A stretch of DNA of 63,596 bases, the filler included, from Octopus bimaculoides (taxonomy: Eukaryota), in assembly GCF_001194135.2 (NCBI RefSeq). It is 7 parts of 7 records of this genome, joined end to end, with 100 filler letters (N's around TTAATTAATTAA, not from the genome) between each part and the next. Parts side by side here need not be neighbours in the genome. Positions count along the whole stretch, not along the records: positions 1 to 6,821 come from NC_068981.1; positions 6,922 to 19,355 come from NC_069004.1; 5 more parts are not named here. One strand, written 5' to 3'. The notes below the pieces were generated by a model. The model saw only the letters and a program-made list of their open reading frames with translations, did no database searches and was not told the origin of the DNA. This document shows positions 1-12,540 of this stretch, piece by piece (the stretch's first letter is position 1; each line of letters starts with the position of its first letter). The position numbers were made by a program, and so were the translations under genes.

Positions 1-40
1 TATATATATATATATATAAATATAAAATAATGTATATATG

Positions 41-85
<45 letters not shown>

Positions 86-1868
86 GGTAAACTTGACCTT
101 GGTGGAATAAAATAGTATTAGTGGTTGTATGGAAGTTATTCAACTTACTTACCTATTCCTCCTACATTCCTAGAAAATTAGTTGATAGTTTGTTTATCTG
201 ATGAAATGTTATTTAACAATTCATGTCTTTGTAATCTTATATATATTTTAGTTAAAAGTCTTTTCATATATATATATCTTGATTTATTCATTCTGTTAAT
301 GGTAAACTAGCTAATATAATTGTAGCCAGTGTGGTTTGTGTTTCAGACTGTGACTGGGTCAGTGTTGCCAATTCTATATATTTCCTAAGTGCAATTTACT
401 GTAATATGACATAGTTTAATTATATTAGTATTATTACAGAGTGTTCTGTTTAATTAAAGTATAGTTTTTCTTGAAGGATAAATATAACAATGCATAATGA
501 TTTATTCTGAAATTTTATCTGTTTTGGTGATGTCACATGTAAATCATTGTTGCAAATATTATTGTGTTCTGAGTATCTCAAATCTACACTATTCTCGAGT
601 GTAATTCCAAACCACAGGTCACAAGGTATTATTTTAAAAGAGGTTTTCTTTGCTAGCAATTTTAAGGTGATAATCACTGCTGTTTCGTGTCTGCAGAAGG
701 AAATAGAAAGTGTGTTGTCTTTTCATTGTGTTATCCTTAACATGTCTGAGAGGTATGTTTTCACTATAATAACACCATCAGTAGATCTAAAGTATACCCT
801 TAACTTAATTAAAATGGGGACTACATGTTTAAGTTTTAAATTTTAGAATAATATACTCATACACAGTAGAGCAGTGGTTAAAAACAGTTAATTGAATTGG
901 CTGTTTCTGTGTGATTATCTACTTGAAACAGAGTTGAGTGGAATTGTCCAATTAAAACTGCTAATAAGAGGATCAGCTTTCAGGTGATCACTTTCATTGT
1001 TTATGATATAGCTTCATAGAAATTTCCAGCATAATATTGTGTAATATAATATGACTATATTATTTTTACTTTTTCAAAATTTATTACTGTTTACTGTGTT
1101 AGATTGTATTTCAGCATCATTTCTTATATAACTTTTATATCATGTATTCTGCTAGTGTCCTTTCATATATTCTGTGCATAATTCATTATGATTTTTGTAT
1201 TTGATTCATGTTCTATTTGTGTTCAGCCTATCTAGTATTTAGTAACTGAATCATCTTCTATTCTCTAACTGACCAAACTTGTATTTCATATCAGATCCAC
1301 TTTATATTCTGTATCCAAATCATGTTACACTTGGCCAGTCATGCTTCATATATACTTGATTTAGTGTATTGTTATTTTTCAGTTCATAATTTTCTGTTGC
1401 ATTAGCAATTTCCTATTTAAAGGAAGTTCTCAGTTAACTCAAATGCTATTTTTTTGGTTTAAAGTTAGATAGTTTTATGGCATACATTTAGCTTGGAATT
1501 TTGTAGTGTGAAGTGGATGTAAGATAAATCTCTTCTTGGACAGGCTGCCATTTTATATTTATCAATATTGCCAGAAGAACTGATAATTTTATTCCCTGCA
1601 GCTAATTGAAATGAAACAGTCTGGTGGTAGATATTGACTCCTGACTGATAATTTCTGAGCCAACAGAGAAGGTTTGATGTAGTTACTTGATCCGCTAAAA
1701 ATAGCAGACAAATTTTCTCTGAATCATTCCTTTTGATATGAAAAAAATAAAATGAAATATCTGAAAAAAAAAAGACAATCTCCTTGATCATAGCTAACTA
1801 AAGCTAAACTACTGCTATTTTGTTTATTTTGTTCATGTTATGCCTATTCACTTTAACAAATTAATACC

Positions 1869-2036
1869 ATCATCATCATCATCATCATCATCGTTTAACG
1901 TCCGCTTTCCATGCTAGCATGGGTTGGACGATTTGACTGAGGACTGGTGAAACCGGATGGCAACACCAGGCTCCAGTCTGATTTGGCAGAGTTTCTACAG
2001 CTGGATGCCCTTCCTAACGCCAACCACTCAGAGAGT
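1869..2036 (-). mobile_element. SINE/LINE 3' tail family C ending in (GAT)n
   Basis: (CAT)n-CGTTTAACGTCCGCTTTCCATGCTAGCATGGGTTGGACG...GGATGCCCTTCCTAACGCCAACC. Related copies at ~5909-6170 (-), 32618-32750 (-), 33323-33533 (+), 35118-35285 (-) and 39890-40080 (-). Confidence 0.85.
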
Positions 2037-2573
2037 TGTCAGTATATTTATGGTATTTTTTTTTTGATTCGGAAGTGCATATGAACAAAGTTATCCTTAT
2101 TAAAATTTGAGCCCAGAACAAGTTAAATTCTGTAAAGCATTGGTGCTCTACAATCATTACCAAATCCACTGCCATTCTTATATTTTTAATAATGATTTTC
2201 TATGTAAGGGAAGTGATTAGCACTACCCTTGTATGAATACAGCAAGTCAAAATGAGTTGCTGTATTTAGATACGTTACTTTACAGTCTGGTTTCAAATCT
2301 CACTGAGCTCATCTTTGGTTTTCATCCCTCCAGAAGTCAATAAAATATGTCCCAGTTAAGTACTGGGGTGGATTTAATTGATAACATTTTTAAAAAATTT
2401 GTGATCTTGTGTATGTATTAGAAATCAATTATGACTTATTACATGGACAAAAAGATAATTATTAATGGGAAAGNNNNNNNNNNNNNNNNNNNNNNNNNNN
2501 NNNNNNNNNNNNNNNNNNNNNNNNNNNNNNNNNNNNNNNNNNNNNNNNNNNNNNNNNNNNNNNNNNNNNNNNN

Positions 2574-2950
2574 TCCTGTGTTATTGCCTGGAGGACTATG
2601 ATAAATAGGAGGGAGCTGAGGACTGCGCCTTGGTGGACCCCTACCTCTACCTGGAATTCTTCACTGTACTCGTTGCCAACCCTCACCTAACTGACAGCGT
2701 CCCTGTACATGGCTTATACAGCTCTCACTAACCACTCATCTATCCCTAGTTTCCTAACTGACCACCAGATAAGGGAGCGGGGGACCCTGTCAAAGGCTTT
2801 CTCCATGTCAACGAAAGCCAGGTACAGAGGTTTATCTTTGGCTAGGTATTTCTCCTGCAGCTGTCTTACCAGAAATATAGCATCAGTGGTGCTTTTTCCT
2901 GGAACGAACCCAAACTGCATCTCATCTAAACTGACTCTCTCCCTAATTTG
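2574..2950 (-). mobile_element. LINE reverse transcriptase fragment, RTE-like
   Basis: QFGFVPGKSTTDAIFLVRQLQEKY...AFVDMEKAFDRVPR and VGVHQGAVLSSLLFIIVL are non-LTR RT motifs. Frameshifted, and runs into a gap. Confidence 0.85.
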
Positions 2951-3018
2951 TTGGGCTATGACCCTCATGTTGGGCTATGACCCTCAATGTTGGGCTATGA
3001 CCCTCTGTTGGGCTGTAC
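2949..3018 (+). repeat. About 19-20 bp minisatellite (TGTTGGGCTATGACCCTCA x ~3.5) at the 5' truncation point of the RTE fragment
   Basis: Direct inspection. Confidence 0.8.
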
Positions 3019-3080
3019 TATAAAAATCATCTAACTTTTGATTTAACATTGCTAACAAAACCAATTACGTTATCTTTCAG

Positions 3081-3210
3081 GAATTGCAACATACTCAAAG
3101 ACTGGAGCGTTTACGAGAAGAACAACAGGCTGTCAGGGATAAACTGACACAAAAACAGCAATTTGAACAGAATTTCAAGCCTTGCATTGTTTGTGGGGAC
3201 AAAGCATCAG
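3081..3210 (+). CDS. Internal coding exon of a nuclear hormone receptor: end of a Q/E-rich A/B region plus the first half of C4 zinc finger 1. Best guess NR2C/D (TR2/TR4/HR78-like).
   Basis: Acceptor tatctttcAG at 3079-3080 and donor GTtaat at 3211. The 130 nt read ELQHTQRLERLREEQQAVRDKLTQKQQFEQNFKPCIVCGDKAS plus a G in phase 1. CxVCGDKASG is the nuclear receptor DBD start. The subfamily call is from memory of TR2/TR4 (CVVCGDKASG|RHYG) and is not verified. Confidence 0.8.
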
Positions 3211-3425
3211 GTTAATATATTTTCTCTCTTCTCAAATTTTTCTGAAATTTTTCTTCAGGATTTTACTGGTTGGAAGTTTATTACATTTTTGAAACCTTCT
3301 CTCTTGATGCTGTTTCTGATTTTCTGATACAAAACTGTCAATTTGAAATGTTCATATTTAAATTATAACATTCTACAGTATGGTGTCATAAGAAATGTTT
3401 GTTAAGGTATATTCAAAACACCGTC

Positions 3426-5635
3426 TTAACCCTGGGTAAAAGAACTAAAAAAAATGATTCCCCACCTAATATTGTTTCAGTGTCACTAAAATATGTTTTC
3501 TGTCTCTCACATTGAAATAAATAGAGGGCAACGCTGTCCTTACCACTTGGTTTTTTTTAATGTTTTATCACCAATACTGGTGCTTGTGATGCCAGTCAAA
3601 CCAGCAGTTACTGTCTGGTTTTCCAATGCAGAGGAACTCCTCACAATATTTGCATCTGTTAACAGTCTTATAGCATTTGGGTAAGTCTTTGTTCTCAGCC
3701 TGGGGCTTCATCTGTTTTGCTCTCAGGTAGTTTTCCCTGCACACCCCGAAACAAAAGTCAGTGTTCTTGTTTCTAAGATTACCAACAAGTTTGTGGCAGA
3801 GTTTATAAGTACACACTCTTTCCAGTGGGGTGATGTGGTTTGAAGAAACCTATCAACACGTATGCCTTGTAGGCAGCCTACATAAAATCTTTACCACCAG
3901 GCAGTTAGGCCACTTGTAATGATGGCAACACTTTTGAAGTCAAGTCATTTAGTCATTTTTGTCTGTTCCAGTCGTGTGGGCATTATATTCTTTCATTGCC
4001 TTAAGACAAGGGACAGGGGCCCTTCTGTGTTCATTTGCATCATATCGCTGTACATGTTCTTGCGGAAGTGATATAAAGAGTGACGAAATGAAATAAATCG
4101 GTCTTTTGTCTTTCCAAACAAAGACAGCCACATTTTTGTTGAACAAAACTTCTGACTCCCCCCTTTGCATCTCATTATTTCTTTTCATGAGGGTCCTTGG
4201 GAATCCTTTTCTATTTGTCATTGTAGTACCACACAATTGAATATCTTTGTTGACAAGAAGATATTCCATGAGTTGTACAGACATGTAAAATCTGTCAGTG
4301 TAGAGTGCATAGTTTTGTCTGGCATATTCATTTGTCATCCTCACAACTAAGTTTCCTGTGACACAGAGGTTGTCAATTTCATTTGCATCATCTCTCCTTC
4401 CAGTATACATTTCTGTATTGCAGATGTATCTGTTTTCAGAATCACATAGTAAAAAAAATTTTTCCTCCCAACATATTGGCTTATCTTTTGTATACTGCTT
4501 GAATGAAAACTTATTCTTCATAGGGATCATTCCCTCAGCTAGCGATAAATCACAGTCAGGCACATAAAGTTGTTTGAATTTATCAAGCAAGCGATTGAAT
4601 ATAGAACTAGTCTTGTACAGTTTATCATTCCTATTAATGTTCTGATTGTCCTCATTCACACAGTGCAATAAAGATCAAATAGCATGAAATCTGTTGTGGC
4701 TCATGACCTCTGGAAAACCTGGGATCAGTGTTAGTAAGGCATCCTTTGACCGCCAGTACTGTTCATAGTAATCCTTGTGCACCAGCATATCCATGGTCAC
4801 CTAGATACCAAAAAAAAAAAAAAAGCTTTCAGTTCTTCCAATATAAGTTTTTTTCTCATGCAAAATTTTTGCTGAGAAATTATTCGGCTTCACCTGAAAC
4901 ACATGTTCAGCTTGATTCTTAATTTCCTTAAGTAAAATATCCCATAAATCACCATTCAAGAATGAACTAAAATGATTGGAGTGCTGTCTACATTTATAGT
5001 GTCAGGCATATTCCTGGGCCTTGGTGGATTATTTGGCATAAATTGGTGCTCTGCAAACCCTATAGTTTCTCTCTGCCATCCTGGAGGAGTATTGGCTCTT
5101 ACTCTGGGCAGAAAATTGGGCCTACCACCTTGCCAGCCGCCATGTGGAACATGCCTGCTGTTCCTGCCATGATGCCTCCTATTCAAGTGACTGACAGGCA
5201 CTGCACCATGCACATAATCCGGTGGCTGTACATTTTGTACAACAGCATAATTGTTGAGATCATTGCTATCACGTTCTGGGTTTAAATCTTTGTCAGATTC
5301 ACTCTCAAAATCAGCATCATTGCCATAATCATCATTGACAATGTCCTCTTCATCAGATGACAACACTTGATTCAAGACATCACTTACAGACAGGTTTTTT
5401 TCGACTCATTTTCACGAAAATCTAGCGAGAGCAGCTTCAATCATCGGGAAGTACTTCCTGTGATAGTGCATGTGCAGGGTGATGATCAGATGCAACAACG
5501 TCGCTAATTGGCCAAAGAATTGTTAAGTGATATGTTTGTAAACAGCAGAACATGGCAGCCAGTAAAGCAGCCACTGGGGTATTTGTATCCATGGCTGTAG
5601 GCCAGAATAGCAGCCACTTGGGTTCTAAGGGTTAA
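3426..5635 (-). mobile_element. Decayed piggyBac DNA transposon
   Basis: Clear end (CCCTTAGAACCC on the minus strand) with TTAA at 5632-5635, and a subterminal GCAGCCACT(G/T)GGG duplication. A candidate opposite end is TTAA-CCCT at 3426-3433 (match only 4 nt). Transposase remnants lie between. Confidence 0.85.
3568..5409 (-). pseudogene. piggyBac transposase (DDE_Tnp_1_7-type) pseudogene
   Basis: Frameshifted pieces. Start MSRK(N)LSVSDVLNQVLSSDEED (ATG at 5409, slip in an A-run). 4660-4960 gives YW...PGFPEVMSHNRFHAI*SLLH. ORF 3949-4668 contains SLAEGMIPMK..FKQY, YTDRFY, WKDKRPI and YNAHTTGTDKND. ORF 3568-3816 encodes the Cys-rich C-terminal domain (CKYCEEFLC...CWFDWH). Confidence 0.9.
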
Positions 5636-5871
5636 TAATATATATGTCAATAATTATATTATTAAATCAATCCAAGTACTGGATAATTTTTGAAATTAGT
5701 TCAAGTATGTAGATACAAATATGGGTGTGTGGTTAAGAAGTTCATTATCCAAACATTTGATTTTGGGTTCAGTCCCGTTCTATGGCATCTTGGGCAAATG
5801 TGTTCCTATATATCCTCAAGTTGACCATAGCCTTGTGAATGGATTTAGTAGATGGAAAATATGTGTGTATA

Positions 5872-5908
<37 letters not shown>

Positions 5909-6250
5909 CATCATCATCATCATCATCATCATCATCGTTTAACATCCGCTTTCCATGCTAGCATGAGTTGGACGATTTGACTGAGGACTGGCGAACCAGA
6001 TGGCTGCACCAGGCTCCAATCTGATCTGGTAGAGTTTCTACAGCTGGATGCCCTTCTTAATGCCAACCACTCCGAGAGTGAAGTGAGTGCTTTTACGTGC
6101 CACCAGCACGGAAGCCAGACAGCTGCTCTGGCAATGATCATGCTTGGATGGTGCTGTTAGCGCTCTACGGGAATGGGTGCCAGTCATCAAATTTAGTTCA
6201 ATTTCCATTTATATATATATATATATATATGTACTTTATCAATAAATCTG

Positions 6251-6354
6251 CAAAGACATCACAAAGACTGTTACTCAGAGTTTCCATTCTAGACCAAAAC
6301 TGTCCAACGAACGGGAACGTGAAACTCTGAGTGACAGTTTTTGTGATGTCTTTG
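6251..6354 (+). repeat. 34-bp inverted repeat hairpin with 36-nt loop
   Basis: Arms at 6251-6284 and 6321-6354. The two differences are G-U compatible on the + strand. Confidence 0.85.
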
Positions 6355-6865
6355 GTAGACTATCTACCAAAAATCGAAAACAGATAATATAATGGATTTT
6401 ACACATAACTATTATGGATTATTACTGAAGACCAACCAAAGAAGAAAATATGGAGTAAAGTCTTATACGAAAATGTACGTACCAAAATGCAAAGCAGTAA
6501 CTTTTAATTTTTAATATTTGATTTATATTTCAAACAAACACCTTTTATAATATTACTTCATATCTTTAAAAAAACACCATTCGATAAATTATACAAATTC
6601 TAAGTTTTATATCTCTGAAGATCAGAAGAGTTGTCTATAAATGCTTATCAATATAGGATTCCATTATTAGGACAGCACTTTTGTGAAACAATTGTAAGAT
6701 AATTTAAAACCTAATTCAAAATTTTTAAACTGATATATTTATTATTTTATATTATATATTTATACTCATACATATTTACATATATTTTTACATATAGTTT
6801 TAATACTACAATTACTCTACANNNNNNNNNNNNNNNNNNNNNNNNNNNNNNNNNNNNNNNNNNNN

Positions 6866-6877
6866 TTAATTAATTAA
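6866..6877. other. Assembly spacer TTAATTAATTAA inside N-gaps (also 19400-19411, 27691-27702, 40130-40141, 48714-48725, 58992-59003)
   Basis: Identical 12-mer with stops in all six frames, centred in similar-sized N runs six times. Confidence 0.9.
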
Positions 6878-7119
6878 NNNNNNNNNNNNNNNNNNNNNNN
6901 NNNNNNNNNNNNNNNNNNNNNTATATATATATATATATATACATGGTCTTATATTTATATGAACAAATATATTCATACAGAAATATGTGCGCGCGCGCAA
7001 CGCACACACACAAATACACAAACACTCACACATATATAGACATTTACGGATACATTCATTTAGATATATACATTTAGGTATATACACACATACAAATGAA
7101 AAGACGTTTATAGATATAC

Positions 7120-7174
<55 letters not shown>

Positions 7175-7846
7175 AACACAAACACACACAGACACACATA
7201 TATATGCGCAATGTGTAGAGGGGGTTCTGTACAAGTGTGCATGTATGTATGTATGCTCCTATGTGTACATACATATGTGCTTGTATGTGTGTGCGTATGA
7301 ATAAGGATTTATTTGTGTATATATATATATAAATGCCTGTATTCATTTGTATGTGCGTTTATGTACATATACATACAGGCATACATATGCATAGGTAAAT
7401 ACATACGTGTGCGTCTGTGTGTGTATGTATGTATGTGCTTGTGCATGTATATATGACTATGGGCATGAATGTATGTATATGCATAATTTTCTAATTATAT
7501 ATATATACATATGCATATATATATGTAAATATAAATGCGTGTACATGTGAAGAGATACATGCATATATAGATGTGAAATAAGTATGAATATAAATATATA
7601 TATGATATACGGAAAACTTACTCATATGCTTCTGTGTGTGTGTGTGTGTGTGTGTGTGCGTATGCGTTTGAGCGTGTGTGTGTATAAATATATACATATA
7701 TACATGTATTACATATGCATAGGTGCTTGCGTGCATTTAGTAATATATATGTATGCATATATATTTATGTAGGTGTGTGCAATAATTCTGACTGTTCGTA
7801 TGTATACTCCCTCACACACACACACACACGCATAACATATCTATAA

Positions 7847-7888
<42 letters not shown>

Positions 7889-9714
7889 ATATATATATAC
7901 CTAAGTGCTTGTATATATTGTAATGTATATATATATATATATATATATGAATATACATTGTTGGCACTCCGTAAATACGTATACATATTCATACATACAT
8001 GTATGTATATNNNNNNNNNNNNNNNNNNNNNNNNNNNNNNNNNNNNNNNNNNNNNNNNNNNNNNNNNNNNNNNNNNNNNNNNNNNNNNNNNNNNNNNNNN
8101 NNNNNNNNNNNNNNNNNNNNNNNNNNNNNNNNNNNNNNNNNNNNNNNNNNNNNNNNNNNNNNNNNNNNNNNNNNNNNNNNNNNNNNNNNNNNNNNNNNNN
8201 NNNNNNNNNNNNNNNNNNNNNNNNNNNNNNNNNNNNNNNNNNNTTATATTCAGAGTATTTTTTTTTAGAATTTAGAGCTAAATCTTATTATGTACGTACC
8301 ATTTTCCAGAAGCGTGTTTAATATGTAAATTGTTCTAACCAACAGCATTACACTTCTAAACTTAGTCAGTATTTAAAGAAGAGGATCGTGGATAGCTAAT
8401 GAGTTGGATGTATTACTGATGAAAGAAGAATCACTCCTGAAATACGGATATACACCCATTAACTATTTTTACGTCGATCGCATTGTTTCCACAAACGTAT
8501 TCGTATAAGGAACATCGTAACTTTCACTGTTGGCTCTAAATTCTATTAAAAATCTGTAGAGAGAACTTAAAAATGAATGTATCGCACTGCTAACAAAATA
8601 CATAAACACAGTATCGACTTAACCTTTAATTTATTTCATAGTTTATTATGGTTGCTAAACAAAATACGCCTATATACACATGTATACATATATATACATG
8701 CATACGCATACACAATCGCATTTATATCTATATAAAAGGAGATTGATTCTTATTTGCATAAAACCAGCAACGGCTTATGGCTTTCATTGCTGTTAGCGTT
8801 TCTGCAAATTTCAAAATGAGCACTGCTTGATATTATAATTGGATTCAAATTCATTTTCATCAATTACGTACGTTAATTACATAATTATAGAATTAATTAT
8901 GCTTATCTTTAATGAAACGGTTGCTGAAAATAAATTTAATCCAAACTTATCTGTGAAATTAGTGCTCATATATATATATATATATATATACACACGCACA
9001 CATATATAATATATATGTGTATATATGTATATATANNNNNNNNNNNNNNNNNNNNNNNNNNNNNNNNNNNNNNNNNNNNNNNNNNNNNNNNNNNNNNNNN
9101 NNNNNNNNNNNNNNNNNNNNNNNNNNNNNNNNNNNNNNNNNNNNNNNNNNNNNNNNNNNNNNNNNNNNNNNNNNNNNNNNNNNNNNNNNNNNNNNNNNNN
9201 NNNNNNNNNNNNNNNNNNNNNNNNNNNNNNNNNNNNNNNNNNNNNNNNNNNNNNNNNNNNNNNNNNNNNNNNNNNNNNNNNNNNNNNNNNNNNNNNNNNN
9301 NNNNNNNNNNNNNNNNNNNNNNNNNNNNNNNNNNNNNNNNNNNNNNNNNNNNNNNNNNNNNNNNNNNNNNNNNNNNNNNNNNNNNNNNNNNNNNNNNNNN
9401 NNNNNNNNNNNNNNNNNNNNNNNNNNNNNNNNNNNNNNNNNNNNNNNNNNNNNNNNNNNNNNNNNNNNNNNNNNNNNNNNNNNNNNNNNNNNNNNNNNNN
9501 NNNNNNNNNNNNNNNNNNNNNNNNNNNNNNNNNNNNNNNNNNNNNNNNNNNNNNNNNNNNNNNNNNNNNNNNNNNNNNNNNNNNNNNNNNNNNNNNNNNN
9601 NNNNNNNNNNNNNNNNNNNNNNNNNNNNNNNNNNNNNNNNNNNNNNNNNNNNNNNNNNNNNNNNNNNNNNNNNNNNNNNNNNNNNNNNNNATATATATAC
9701 ACACGCGTGCACAT

Positions 9715-9762
<48 letters not shown>

Positions 9763-10023
9763 GCAACCACACATATTTACAACGTAGTCTTCGAATTCCA
9801 GTCACGTTTGAACTATCACCCGCTCTCTTTTCTCCTTTATTTACCGATTCTGCTGCCCTATCTTTCACACGCTTCTCTCTAATTTTTCTATTTATATTCC
9901 TTACTTTTCTATCTATCTATACGTTTCTCTGTCTGCCTGTCTATCTGTTTGTCTGTCAGTCTATCTATTTATCTGTCTGTCTGTCTCTCTATCTAACTAA
10001 CTATATATTTATTTGTCTGTCTC

Positions 10024-10082
<59 letters not shown>

Positions 10083-10559
10083 CCCTCCCTCCCCCTCTCT
10101 CTCTCTCTCTGTGCCTATCTATCTATCTGTCACTTTTTCTTTAACATCATCGTTTTACTTATTTTTGTCTCTTTTCCGCTTCCATCTTTCCTTCTTTCCA
10201 CTTTCTTTCTTTCTTGCCTTCCATACTTCTTTATTCTTCCACTCGACCCTCGTGATTGGATTCTGATTAATTTTCAGCTCCTTCTTCACGTCTACGTCTC
10301 CGCCAAATGCTCGCTTTTCCAATCTTGCTAGCTCGCTTCCCGGCTCTGATCTTCAGTGCGCACAAACTAAAACAACTACAGCAATAAAAAGGCAACAACA
10401 AGAGCTGCAACGACAAGAACAGCAACAACAACGACAGCAACAACAAAAACAACAACCAACAACGACAGCAACAACAACAAGTAAATCTCAAACGCAACAA
10501 TACCATTCTGAACCACACAAAAGCAGCAGCGACAGAATAAATATAAATGTAGTGACAGC

Positions 10560-10592
<33 letters not shown>

Positions 10593-10880
10593 AAGAAGAA
10601 GAAGAAGAGGGAGAAGAAGAGGAGGGAGAAGAAGAGGGAGAAGAAGAGGAAGACGAAGACGAAGGAGAATGAGAAGAAGAAGAAGAAGAAGAAGAAGAGG
10701 GAGAAGAAGAGGAAGACGAAGAAGAAGAAGAAGAAGAAGAGGGAGAAGAAGAAGAAGAAGAAGAAGAAGACGAAGACGAAGAAGAAGAAGAAAAAAGGAA
10801 GAAGAAGAGGGAGAAGAAGAGGAAGTCGAAGACGAAGAAGGAGAATGAGAAGAAGAAGAAGAAGAAGAAGAAGAAGAGGG

Positions 10881-10913
<33 letters not shown>

Positions 10914-12247
10914 AGAAGAAGAAGAAGAAGAAGAAGAAGACGAAGACGAAGAAGAAGAAGAAAAAAGGGAGAAGAAGAGGGAGAAGAAGAAGAGGGAGAA
11001 GAAGAGGAAGTAGAAGAAGAAGAAAAAGAAGAAGAAAAAGAAGAAGAAGAAGAAGAAGAGGGAGAAGAAGAGGAAGACGAAGACAAAGAAGGAGAATGAG
11101 AAGAAGAAGAAGAAGAAGAAGAAGAAGAGGAAGACGAAGACGAAGAAGAAGAAGAAGAGGGAGAAGAAGAGGAAGACGAAGACGAAGAAGGAGAATGAGA
11201 AGAAGAANNNNNNNNNNNNNNNNNNNNNNNNNNNNNNNNNNNNNNNNNNNNNNNNNNNNNNNNNNNNNNNNNNNNNNNNNNNNNNNNNNNNNNNNNNNNN
11301 NNNNNNNNNNNNNNNNNNNNNNNNNNNNNNNNNNNNNNNNNNNNNNNNNNNNNNNNNNNNNNNNNNNNNNNNNNNNNNNNNNNNNNNNNNNNNNNNNNNN
11401 NNNNNNNNNNNNNNNNNNNNNNNNNNNNNNNNNNNNNNNNNNNNNNNNNNNNNNNNNNNNNNNNNNNNNNNNNNNNNNNNNNNNNNNNNNNNNNNNNNNN
11501 NNNNNNNNNNNNNNNNNNNNNNNNNNNNNNNNNNNNNNNNNNNNNNNNNNGGAGAATGAGAAGAAGAAGAAGAACAAGAAGAAGAAGAAGGAGAAGAAGA
11601 AGAAGGAGAAGAAGAAGAAGAAGAAGTGGAGGAGGAGGAGGAAGAAGAAGGAGAAGAAGAAGAAGAAGAGGAGGAGGAGGAGGAAGAAGAAGAATGATAA
11701 GAAGAAGAAGAAGAATTGGAAGAAGAAGAAGAAGAAGAATTGGAAGGAGAAGAAGAAGAAGAAGAAGAGAAAGTAGAAGAAGAAAAGGAAAAAGAAAAAG
11801 AAAAAGGGGAAGGGGAAGAAAAAGGAGAAGAAGATGAGGAAGAAGAAGAAAAAGAAGACGAAGAGGAAGGAGAAGGAGAAGATGAAGGAGAAAAGGAAGA
11901 AAATGAGGAAGAAGTAGAGTAAGAAAAGGAAGAAGAAGAAGAACAACAACAACGGATACGGCATCGAGAATAACAGCGACAGTAACAGCGACAACAATAA
12001 GAAAAAAAAACTGTAGCCTCAACAGCAGCAGCAGTAGCAGCAGCAGCAGTAGCAGTAATAGGCGCGAGTAGAAAGCAAGAGTAACATTACCAAGAATATG
12101 AGGACAACGGCTGCATAAACAAATACAAAAACAACAATTCCAACAGCAACAACAACAACAGAAACATCCATGACGGTGGAAGGAGATGTGTTGGCGGCCA
12201 TGGAACAGCAGGAATGTTAGCAACGTCGTCTTCGTCATCATCATCAC

Positions 12248-12290
<43 letters not shown>

Positions 12291-12353
12291 GTCATCGTCA
12301 TCGTCATCGTCATCATCATCGTCATCATCATCATCATCATCATCGTCGTCGTT

Positions 12354-12401
<48 letters not shown>

Positions 12402-12414
12402 GTCATCGTCATCG

Positions 12415-12449
<35 letters not shown>

Positions 12450-12540
12450 GTCGTCGTCATCATCATCATCATCATCATCACCATCATCATCATCGTCGTC
12501 GTCGTCATCATCATCATCATCATCGTCATCATCATCGTCN
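10560..12540 (+). repeat. Compound trinucleotide array: (GAA/GAG)n, then AAC/AGC-rich, then (CAT/CGT)n
   Basis: Direct inspection; interrupted by an N-gap. Confidence 0.95.

Noticed and set aside
3371-3410. ttctacAG-TATGGTGTCATA resembling the YGV of the next nuclear receptor exon
   Set aside because: Wrong phase, no His codon, no CEGCKGFF, and the frame hits a stop.
3426-5635. Possible host-piggyBac fusion transcript (CSB-PGBD3-like)
   Set aside because: The transposase is antisense to the nuclear receptor exon and multiply disrupted.
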